A stretch of DNA of 64,000 bases from Ptychomitrium polyphyllum (lineage: Eukaryota). The notes beneath the pieces were generated by a model. That model did no database searches. It had not been told where the DNA came from and was given only the letters and a program-made list of their open reading frames with translations. The position numbers were made by a program, and so were the translations under genes. The stretch covers positions 2,542,001 to 2,606,000 of the forward strand of contig OZ316775.1 of NCBI GenBank assembly GCA_973851085.1, read 5' to 3'. Below, in pieces: positions 35,534-46,302 of this stretch (positions within the stretch are counted from its first letter, which is position 1; every line of letters begins with the position of its first letter).

Positions 35534-36688
35534 CTAAGCGAGCTTCTTGGGCTCCTCCACAACACCACCCGTGGTCGGCAGGCCCACGAAGACCTTGAAC
35601 GAGTCGTAAATACCCCACTGAGCACCAGTCAAGGTTCCAATCATGATGATACGCAACGGCAGCCCGCGGGTAAAGAGCGCCTTCAGCCCCATCTGGTTCA
35701 CAGCCTGCGAGACCGTGGCACCCTTAGCGTTGTTCAAGAACGACACCAAGTTGTCAGCGGGGTGGGAGATGATAGCGCACGCCACTCCGGCAATGTACCC
35801 TGCGGTGAAAGAGATACCCAACTGCGAGGACGACGACACCTCACTCTTGGGCACCGGCACTGCGTACTTGTAAATGGCCTCCACCGTGCTCTCGAAGGTG
35901 GCAAACTTCATCATGGTGTACGGGATCTGCCTTCCCCATAACGGCACCAAACCCTTGTACAACCCTCCGAAGCCCTCAGTCGCCAGAAGCTTTGGCATAC
36001 CATCACTCAACCCCTTCGCCCACCCAGGGTTGGTCTGCACTCTCACCTTCACAGCCTCGAAAGGGCACAACCCAACATCGGCGATCACCTCAGCTGAGGC
36101 GGAACCAGCCAAATAGATTAAAGTCTTGTACTTCTTCGCATTTTCAGGCCCAGCCATATCCGAGTACGTCTTCTTGAAGTACTCGTAGAAGCCATACTTG
36201 CACGCGCCCTGCACGCTGTACCCCAACAGCGTCGGCAGCCACCCACGGAACAGCCCCACGGCGCCGTGCTCCTTCACCAGCAATGAGAACCCGCCAGTGA
36301 TAGACTTGTACTTGGCCGGCGCAATCTGCATGTTGCACTTCACCACATCGATGGGCGTCACCCCCATGTGCGTCAACCCGCAGCACAGCATCCCGCCCAC
36401 AGCGCAGGCGCGATAGTACTCGCCCGAGAACATGGCGATCTTGCCCTCACTGGGCGCGGGCACCACGAACGATGGCGCCACCCCGGCGGGGGTCCTAGCG
36501 GCACCCGCGACCTGCTTGAACAGCGACGTCGCAGTGAACGCCGGCTGCGCCATCGCCGCCTCGGATGTTATACTCTGGAAGAACGCGCTCGAGGAGACGC
36601 CGCTCCTGGTGGCCGCCTTGGCAGAGTAGAGAAACTCCGGCACCATAGCAGTGCCGTTGTGGCTCTCCATCGCTCCTGCGAACACCAT
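35534..36688 (-). CDS. PHT3: Mitochondrial phosphate carrier (PHT3/MPT, SLC25A3 family), coding region intronless, ~384 aa
   Basis: Continuous ORF with carrier signatures PIDVVKCNMQ, PFEAVKVRVQ, HPADNLVS, plus GRQIPYTMMKF and LRIIMIGTLTGAQWGIYD. First ATG is at 36688; the ORF track starts at an upstream GTG. Confidence 0.96.
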   Translation of the reverse strand: MVFAGAMESHNGTAMVPEFLYSAKAATRSGVSSSAFFQSITSEAAMAQPAFTATSLFKQVAGAARTPAGVAPSFVVPAPSEGKIAMFSGEYYRACAVGGMLCCGLTHMGVTPIDVVKCNMQIAPAKYKSITGGFSLLVKEHGAVGLFRGWLPTLLGYSVQGACKYGFYEYFKKTYSDMAGPENAKKYKTLIYLAGSASAEVIADVGLCPFEAVKVRVQTNPGWAKGLSDGMPKLLATEGFGGLYKGLVPLWGRQIPYTMMKFATFESTVEAIYKYAVPVPKSEVSSSSQLGISFTAGYIAGVACAIISHPADNLVSFLNNAKGATVSQAVNQMGLKALFTRGLPLRIIMIGTLTGAQWGIYDSFKVFVGLPTTGGVVEEPKKLA

Positions 36689-38129
36689 GGCGACTGGATC
36701 CCTCTCAACAGAGATGACAAGACGCTGCAAGCAAACTAAAGCCCTAGAAGCAAGGTCGACACTCACCCTCACTTGCTAGCTAACTCGCTCTGCAACAAAG
36801 AGCTCACTGCCAGGGTTCTAATGGCTGCAATGCACCATGAAGAGGACCTTGCAACCAAGAGCCAGTCGTTTGCCGCGGGGGCAGGAGTGTCGGATCCTGG
36901 TTGTCCGATCTGGTTCGCATCGTGGGGTTAAGGTGAAGGGAGGGCACGGGAACTTGGCGTTGTAAGGGAACGTGGGCATGCAGCTGAGGAGGACTGCCCG
37001 AGCTTGAGGGTTTCTGCTGGTGCTGTGAGGCTGTGGGCTTAAGGATTTTGTGGATGTTATATTGGAATGCAGTTCCCTTCTTTCCAACTTCGTTTCAGGA
37101 TCTTCTCCAGGTATCTCCTCAATATATGTACATCGAGCCCATGACTCAACCTACGCCAAGGTTTAGTCAAATCTTAGTTTCGTCCCAGGCTCGAAGGCAT
37201 TGCACCACTCAACAAGTTGCAGCGTCAATATGTTGGACATACAGCAAACAACTCTGCTATAAGGGTTCTGTTCTTGGTTCAGACACAGGGATTTTTTCTT
37301 GAAACCAATAGTGATGTCAAGCTGGAAAGCGATCACTCCGCTTTATATTGAAGGATCATGGGTCAGAGTATCATTTCTGTACAAGTATGCCCGTGTTACT
37401 TCAGGTGCATACATCAATAGTCTTACAAGTTGAATGCACATTATGCACCTTATTATGGGATTTTCCTAGTATGTTAACAAATTAGGATCTTTATAACGCG
37501 AATTTGTTCAATATGTCCTATCCGTCGCTGTAGCTAGAGCGTATATTCCGTGCTGCTTCATTGCAAATCAAGCTCCTTGCCAAAATTGCTTGCAAACTAG
37601 GCTTCCATGCTCGGGCAGCCAGTGTCCACGTTCCCATGCCACGCAGGTTCGCACAACCCGCACTCACCTCAGCCCCACGATGGGATCGGAACTGGCGGCT
37701 GACATCCCACGGCCTTCCCCCCACGGCCATCTTTCTGGCTCAACCACGAACAAGGAGCCGGCATTGTTGAACGGTGGAACTTCCTTCGACTCCCATCCCG
37801 GTTTACTGAGTAGACGAACGAACGGTGGAACTTCCAGTCCATGACATCATCGTTGCAGAGATGGCAGTGCGTGGATGGACACGGTTCCATCATGTGTACC
37901 ATCCAAATAATGTCACCCAAGTTTTAGTTAAAACCACCAACAGCGTGTCAGACAGTTAAAATCAACATGCGCTTTGCTTAGTCACGAGAAAACCTAACCC
38001 TGAGTCAACTTCGAAGCTCCGGAGGGATATTCCTCAGACAAAATAGCTGTTAGAACGTCTCTTTCATTTTCCTTAGCTTCTAGAATTGCTTGACTGTATG
38101 GGTTTGGAACCCGATCTTGGGTTACTTTG

Positions 38130-39330
38130 AGCGATAGTCCCATGAACGAGTGGCGACTGCTACTTTCTCCCGCTACTGTCCACCCAGGTTGTAGAGAACG
38201 GCCCCTTTTGTTACGTAGATGGACATATGCGCACGCTCGCTGCAGAACCTGGTCTACATCTTGACCATCTCGGGGTGCTTCCTGGCCGGCCAGCATCCAT
38301 GCACAGAGCTCTTATGGCATCTGATCGAGTAGCGCCCAGTCCTGGGAATTAGCGTTACGAACCTCGGGCTACCGTGACTGCACTCGGCTTCAGCTTCATT
38401 CCGACAAGATAGGGGCGGCCTTGCCACTCCTCAATGTCGTAAGTGAGAACGTATCATCTGGCAGGGGGGAATTTCGCATCCCACTCGTCTTTTTCCAGGC
38501 TGTAGAGCGTATTTTTTCTATTTACACAACAATTTGCTTCTCGTATTGACGAAATAGTAGAAATGTGACCAACAATCGTATCTGGAAACAACGAAAACAG
38601 AAAAAAGTATCATGGTTATTTTTCAAAATCCCTTTTATCATTTGCTTTAACAATGAAATTTTTTTTTTCTTTTTTTTTCTACGCGTATCGGAACCCTAAC
38701 GAGCAAGAAACCGTTTCAGTGTGTGAAAGTTGGACCGTCGTTGTTGTAGAACTTGAGCGTAGAATCGAAACTTATACCTAGGATTTCCCATTCGACGCTA
38801 CCGAAGTCTTGAATTTCATTGTTGGTTTCGTCTTCACCTAGAACGGTCTGAAAGCCGTAGGGGCTCACGGATCTGTGGACCATCTTACCGATCAGTGGGT
38901 CATCGTAATACTCTTCATAGAGTAAAGATCAGGCAAAGGATGAAACATTCTGGTGTAAGAATTGAAAACACAGTTCTTGACGACATTGTCGGAGTACTGA
39001 GATTGGATGAATTCACAGACCAAGCCATTGACTGCACTGTTCCCCTGGCACGCCAAATGTGGACCAGGTAGTCGGCTTCAATTCCACTGCCGTGATGAGG
39101 TTTCGTAAGTGCAGAGGCGAAAATGCATGTTCCGACTACTGATGACGATGAAGTACGGTTTGGGGATGATATCTGAGAAGCCCTCGTCGAGAAACGCTCC
39201 GTCTTTGAGAAGCCAGCTAGTTCTCCTTTCAGGCTTGGCGCAGCGGACACAAATCCCTGATGGAGACCTTGGCATACACCATGGCCAGATCAGCTAAGTC
39301 CCGCAATACGCCTCAGAGCCTCGCATCCAT
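38130..39330 (-). pseudogene. Decayed F-box protein gene (F-box plus beta-propeller-like interaction domain)
   Basis: Reading across stops and frameshifts: MDARL*GVLRDLADLAMVYAKVSIRDLCPLRQA*KEN... / FLDEGFSDIIPKPYFIV...LCTYETSSRQWN*SRLP...AVNGLVC...VFNSYTRMFHPLPDL / YGFQTVLG..EIQDFGSVEWE..NGFLLV / LYSLEKDEW..EWQGRPYLV / WALLDQMP*ELC. Recognised by eye as plant F-box architecture; no HMM was run. Confidence 0.65.
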
Positions 39331-40180
39331 TCCCTTGCTGTTCTCCCCAGAGCTTTAGAAGTGAGTCGCCATGTCCGTCAATCTCAACCCAAACAGCAGC
39401 GGCCTCCAAGTCATGTCACTACATCTCTCTGTACGCCTGTAAAGCAGTAGCAATGCACTGCAGTGCATAAAAGGATTATATAATGCTGCAAGCAGGACGA
39501 GGATGACACAGATACAAAAGGTCAATGACATCACTATAGCTTCCTGTCACTAGTTGCAACACTTATGATCGATTCTTTTGAAAATTTCCGTCTGTCATAT
39601 GAAAATGCTTCATGTCATCACATGCTTTCGTCTTGCTTTGTCAGTATAAAGCTCTCCAAGCTCAAAATCCACCTCAACATTGAGAATCCACCAGGTATTG
39701 TGAGTCAAAATGTCCAGAAAATAATCATTTATGTAAAAACTTTCAGTTCTGTTCAACATGACGGTTTCCAATAATAGAATGTCTTGATCTCTTGTAAGTC
39801 CATTGTCTGTTCAAAGGAATTTGAATGCACTAAGTTCTGTAGTAGCAATGTTTGGCACTTCGAAGAAAAGACCGAAAATGCAATAAAAACTTTGCCAGCT
39901 GAACCTGCTTCAGAGGCATTCTAGTTGGAAGTAACAGAGAATAGTATCCTAATCTTTCAACTGTATATGTGGTTACAGTTTAATACAGTAACCTTCAGGA
40001 TTGAATTGGTGGATATCATCACCAAACTTGATCCAACATAGCATTCAACCGGAAATGAACAAAAGCTACAGGCAACCTTCATCTACAACCTTGTACCCAA
40101 CTTTTCAGCATTATCAGCAAGACGAAATGTACATGACTCTAAAGCTTCTGACCGTGCAAGAATAACTTGTTCAGATTCCT

Positions 40181-43100
40181 TCAGAGCTTGGACATGACAT
40201 GGTCAATGCCATCCACCAAGAAGTCTGCACAAAACAAGCAATGGCTTCAGCCTCTTTTTGCCAACAAGTATGATTGGAAAGATTTCACAAGCTCCAGGTT
40301 TCTTCTGAATACCTAGCACAATATTTAAGACCTCTGAAGTGAAAAGCTTGGGGCGTTAATTAAAAAGAAAGATGGACCTTAACAAGCTTCACCAAAAAAA
40401 AAAATCCGGATACAAACAAACAAAGCAGAAGAGGAATCCTACCTGCATCTTCCATTGAGAAACACATAGGTGGCTTGATTCTGAAGACATTTCCATGAAG
40501 CCCTCCCTTCCCTACAAGTATCCCAAGATCTGCAACAGCAAAGGACCACACTATGTAAGGTAAAGAAACTAATTGAGGAGCACTGCTCTTCCACCGTGCA
40601 ATACAACAATTTTCTTTTTCTGTTTAGATGTCCGGCCAGCGCTAAGGTGCAGCATTACCCTTCAGTTGCTCAAATAGAAGGAGAGTTTCTTCTTTTGCTG
40701 GTGCCTTTGATTGTCGATCTTTCACCAGCTCAACTCCAAGCATGAGACCCCGTCCTCGCACATTACCGATGACTGCAACAAACAAGTCAATTCTAAAATC
40801 AATTCTACAACCTAAGTCTATAGACTACTACTTTATACCAGTGGCCAAAACTAATGGCGTAGCATGTGCGATGCATGAGTCCTCAACACGGCAAAGCCCC
40901 AAACAAGTCCTTGGTAGCTGCAGGGTAAAAAAGTTACAAAGTCGTTTCAAACCAAGTATGTATATGACATTCTAAAGTATCAGATATTCTGCAGACACTT
41001 ACTGTCATGCTTGTCCTGAAGAGCATGAAGGCGGTGCAGGAGATGGTCCCCAACCGTAGCACAGTGCTCTTGCCTCTTTTCCTTGTCCAGTACCTCAAGC
41101 ACAGCGTGACCTGCAGCTGAGCACACTGGGTTGCCCCCATATGTGTTGAAATGCAAGCGTTGTGACAGCACTTGCGCAATCTCTGGTGTAGTCACTACAG
41201 CTGCCAATGGCACTCCGTTGCCAATGCCCTACAATTTGAGACCACAAAGTCACGCAACGAGGGAGTACAAATGAAACATTCACAGTTGTTTTGTTTCACT
41301 CAACTGGTAATAGCTGTTGACATTACATCAGTATTTTGGTTGAACGCACAGGCTTAACCCAAATACTGACTTTGAAATTTCACTATATGAAGATAGCACC
41401 AACACTGACTCTCGATCATTCTAAATCAATGATGCATAATAAAAACGAGTCAACATAGGATAGAAGGTTGATGACCTTAGCAAGAGTAACAATATCGGGA
41501 ATCACACCCTGATTCTGAAATCCCCAGTAATTACTACCAGTCCGGCCAAAACCGCTCTGCACCTCGTCCGCAATGCATAAGCCTCCAGCTTTTCTCACAA
41601 TGTCATATGCAGCTGGCAAGTATCCAGGTGCAAGTTCCACAGCTCCACCAACTCCCTGCAGAATCATTCATCAAAAGCCAACAATAACTTGAATAAGGGA
41701 CAAAAAGCTTGCTGTAATCCTAATTTGACAAAAGTAACAGAGCACTAACATGTATTCCTAGTGATATTACAACTAATAAACATACCTATACCCTTGAATA
41801 TGAACAAACACAAGTGTGAAGGATGCAAATGTAATAATAGTGCAAAACCTGGATAGTCTCGTGGAAGAAACCAGCAATACGGCCAGGTGTAGCAGATTCA
41901 AGGAGATTGGCGAGATCGTTGGCATAGAGCTTGCCGTCGGCACCAAAGGGGCCTCTATAAGGATCAGGATTCATTGCATGGTGGACTCCAAAGCCCTGCG
42001 TCGAAAACAGGATGTAAATTTTCCTCTCGTGAATTCTTGATACAACTGCTCCAATATTGTCATGAGGACATGTGCCAAATTGCCCTAGAAGGGGTCCTTA
42101 AATTACACGCCAACATTAGTCAATTATGTAATTACTAGAGTCCGAAGGTATGAATTGATTTCGTTCGTGCATTACACACTCAACCCTAACACATACTAGA
42201 GGTATTTGAGATAGGCTTATGCTTACTAACCTGAGCAACGTTGTACTTCCACGTGCTATGCGCTGTAAGGCCCATAGTGGAGGGGCTCATGCCATGGTAA
42301 GCATTTCGGAGAGCAACAATATCAAAGCTTCCTGTGTAGAGGCGAGCCATCATCATGGCCATATCATTCGCCTCAGATCCGGAGTTGACAAAGTAAACAA
42401 CCTGCTCCATTCAATTCTATCAATTATCATTTGCGTTTCCAACATTGTAATGTGAAATTTTGAGCACTGGAACGCGGGAAGGGTAGTAACAGCAGCAAAC
42501 AATATGTAGAGATACGCTGGAAACCAACAGCCCCCAAAAGCAACGTAAAGAGCCACTCTCACTGGTGCTTGTCAATAAACTAGAAGTGGAAGACACAATG
42601 TAATATATGTCCACATGACATTCGAATATACAACCACTTTATCCATTGCAAATGAAACTCTCAAAAATAAAATGAAAATCATCTGAATGGACACCATGAA
42701 ACAGAGCTTGAAGTACATATACTGCACCTTGAGATTGCCAGGCATGCGCTGAGTAAGAGCTTCAGCATAATCAGCAATGGCGTGGTGGAGGTAGATGGTA
42801 GTAGTGTGCTGCAATAACTTAGTCTGCTTCACAACTGCATCAACCACCGCAGGATGCCCATGGCCTACAGACACCGTCACAATGCCTGCAAAGGCGTCCA
42901 GGTATCGCCGACCGCTTTCGTCAAACAGGTACTGCATCTTCCCTTCCACAATGTTCAGCTGCAATTCCACGTCAATTATGTTGATAACCCTCGGTAGAAT
43001 ATAAACACATCTAACAGATCCTAACTCTAGATGCTTTGAACCTCCAAGTAGTTCAGGAATCTAGAATTGGGTCTTCAGTTTCTTTCAGAGGAAAGCAATG

Positions 43101-43579
43101 TGAGTTGGAAACGGTTCTACCAGACCTAGAAGAAGCAAACAAGTGTAAGAGTAACCTAATCGTGTCAACAAACCATATAACATCTCAATGCCTGCTGGAT
43201 ATTGTGCTACCAGAAATTCCTCAAAGCTCAAGAACGTTCTGTCTTTCTCGAAGGGGGGAAGTTTCAAAAAAAAAAATTAATTTAAAAAAAAACACAAGTG
43301 TTAACCGAAGTTGCAGCAGCTTAAGCAACTCACATGCTTCTTGTAGTACAAGAAAAGCGCAGGATTCAGAAACTTCTTCCTCTTGGTCAGAATCTCGTCA
43401 GCTTTTGGGCCATTGTAAGGCTGGGGCCTGAAATCGAAGGGCGGCATCTCAGGCACTCCCACCTCGGGCTGCCCCTCCTTGCTAGCATCTACAGCCAAAG
43501 CGAACCCTCTGCGGCACGACGACAACGCCTGCCATCTGGGCAACAACCTCCTCCCTCCTGTTACCACAGCTCCTGCCAT
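40181..43579 (-). CDS. AGT2: Alanine:glyoxylate aminotransferase 2 / beta-alanine aminotransferase-like (class III PLP enzyme), mitochondrial, ~481 aa
   Basis: Exons 43579-43334, 42958-42728, 42401-42231, 41995-41849, 41655-41476, 41228-41003, 40772-40659, 40529-40443, 40224-40181 (1446 nt). Motifs [50 protein letters not shown] (PLP lysine), FNTYGGNP. Confidence 0.96.
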
Positions 43580-45883
43580 CTTCACCGATGCCCACGAGCA
43601 CGACTACCCTCCCAGCCCAGCTTCACTACCCTCCCTCTGCTGCACTCCCCACCGCACCCAGTTCGCTCAGAACGGATCACCGCTCAACAATTCTAAATTT
43701 GATTGCTACTGTTAAGAAGAGCCCTACCAAGTGAAGAACAACCTACACTAGTTGCAAACTGTAGGAAAACATCAAGCAATTCAACTCGAGATTCACCAGT
43801 CTCCACTACAACACACCTGGATCAAGCTAGCTAGCATCTGCGAAGTTGCGCATGCAGACGACAGTACAACACAGTGCCCACAGAAAGAGCAGTCACATCC
43901 TGCTGACCTTGAGAGCCCTCTTCCAGGCTACTAGGAACACAACCAACCCTAACCAAACCAAACCAACCAACAACACGACCACCTTTAGTGTCCTGGGACT
44001 AGAACGTCGACAACAGCAATTCAGCTTCACCCTGAACAAACCATGTGTTCTGTGCAGAATACTCACGAATGCTTTTGCTGCGCCGAGATCGCCAGTGATG
44101 TGGAGCTGAGTCAAGATGCTGTTCCCCTTATCTATTCCGTTCTGTTGCCCCTGTTCCCCAACGTCCCCTCATGTTCCCGGTGTTCCCAGAGTTCCCCGTC
44201 TTCCCCATAGCCAGCCTTGTTCTCCCCCTGTTCTCCCCTGTTCCAGTAAGGTTTAAGAGCTAGTCTCGTAAGTTTAGATTTGACGCTGAAGGGTAAGAGG
44301 CACCATATTGGTTATCGTCGTAAATAGATTATATCTTCTGTCAAAAAAGGGTTAAAAAAGGGTAAGTGAATTCCTTTTTGTGATTACTAAAGGTTTCTTT
44401 TGTATCTTAGAAAGCCAAATTGGTTGATTGTCTTTCATTCAATGAAAGATAATCAACTATTTTGTTTTTTCTATCAACTTACATTGAACATAATTCATGA
44501 GGAGTTGGTATGTAAATGTGGATTATATGGTGATTTGTGCAACAAACTATGATTGAACTTTGAAGTTGCAATGCACATATTAATTAATATAAGATTTTAT
44601 GGTTGACTTTTCCATGTTTGATTTTCATTTACACCTATAACAATTTATTAATAATGATGTTTTTTATTTAGAAATTTTTTGGTCAAATAGAGTCAATTTT
44701 ATATACTTTTGGTTCATTAACAATACTTAAAGAAATGAAATGATGAAAAATTCACCATCATTATGGATACTTTGTTTATTTGATTTTTGAATGATGCTTA
44801 GGTTCACTAGATAATCAATAATCTAAAAGCTTACGGATAAGTAAAGATTTATAAAATGATTAATCATAATGTTCAACTTCATCTACTTTTTAAGAAAATT
44901 CATCAAACTAACTATATAAAGAAAAACTTGTAATATGTTCTTAAAGGTGATATTTTTTTGATTCTTATAGTAAACTTTATATTACAACGCAATGAAGGTT
45001 GTCAATATGTATGATTTTTATTAGTTGGTTTCTTTTGTTGGTTTTGATTCAATTAATTATAAAAGTAGAAATTCCTTTGAATTATACTCATGTTATATTT
45101 GAGGCTAAATCTACTCAATTGTCTCCTTATTTTTTTGTTAGTTGTTTAAGAAATATAGCCAATTTTTTACAATATATTAAGAAATAGTATTTTTTTACAA
45201 GCTATGGAATTTACTTTAAAATCTCAAAGTGGGAGTTAGTTTATTAACCAAATTAAATTCTTTTTTAAATTTTAGTGTATATGCACATTGTTCAAGTTAG
45301 GGTCTACTATTTTAAAAAATTAATTAGTGATTTATGCATAAAGATAAGTCTTTTTGGATAAAAGCCATTAAAAGAAGGTGTTTTAAATGCTTTAAGAGCC
45401 ATGTTCATTTTTTTATGAAATAATATTTAAAAAAATATCTAAGTATACATAGTAATGATATTAATTAGATGTGATGATGATATGATTTTTCTTACAATGC
45501 CATAGCAAACATATTCCAAGGATAAAAATTCATTATTTTAAACTTTATCTATAAAATACATTGTTCTTATGAAGTGAATAAAGAAACTTTAGAGATCAAA
45601 GATTCATATTCTTATTGTCATAAAATTCATTAATCAAATAATACCAAAACATAAGCAATTTTATATCATCATATTTTTGTTAACCAATACCATTATAACC
45701 TTATTTTGCAACATTAAAGTACAAACTTATACAAAACGACACAAAATATGACATGCTTTACCTCTTGACCTCTTTCACTAGCGCATTCACCAATAAAAGC
45801 CTTGCCATCATTAAAGGCCAATTCAACAGTAAAAGACTCCAGAATAGAAGAACAAGTTCTAGATCCCAAAACGAGGTCCTAAA

Positions 45884-46184
45884 GGCCCACAGCACCAGAG
45901 CGCGAAACGAGCGTGGGTTCTCATGATTCGTTGGTTCCAAAAGACCTGAACACTTAACCAGCACGTGAGAAAAGCATGGCTGTATCTCCAGGGCAGTCCG
46001 GTCAGAGGAAGGGAGGCAATCAAGTGGGTCCAGCTCTGTACACGTGGGCAGCGTGGGGAGGTTTTGCCGAGCGGGGAGCTGACTGGATTTTCTGAAACCC
46101 GTCGTTCAGGAGCCTCCTTAAACCCTAAAGAACATCCTAGAATCCGAAGCCCTAAAATCCTAACCCCGAATTCCTAAACCCTAA
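45884..46184 (+). promoter_or_regulatory. Midasin promoter with telo-boxes and a site II motif
   Basis: AAACCCTAA at 46120-46128 and 46176-46184, GGCCCA at 45884-45889, CACGTG at ~45962 and ~46041. Telo-box plus site II is the established signature of plant ribosome-biogenesis genes. Confidence 0.65.
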
Positions 46185-46302
46185 CCCCTGGACCCTGCTA
46201 TAGGTGGTGGTGGTAGTTGTTGTGTTTGGGTTTGTGCAGCTTGAGGACGGACCTGGACAGGAAGGCGGAGGGGATAGAGAACATGAGGGTGGAGCTGGAA
46301 GG

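Noticed and set aside
5195..43579. Functional gene cluster (PCD, PHT3, AGT2 as organellar metabolism genes)
   Set aside because: No shared pathway, and they are interspersed with unrelated genes. Ordinary eukaryotic gene order.
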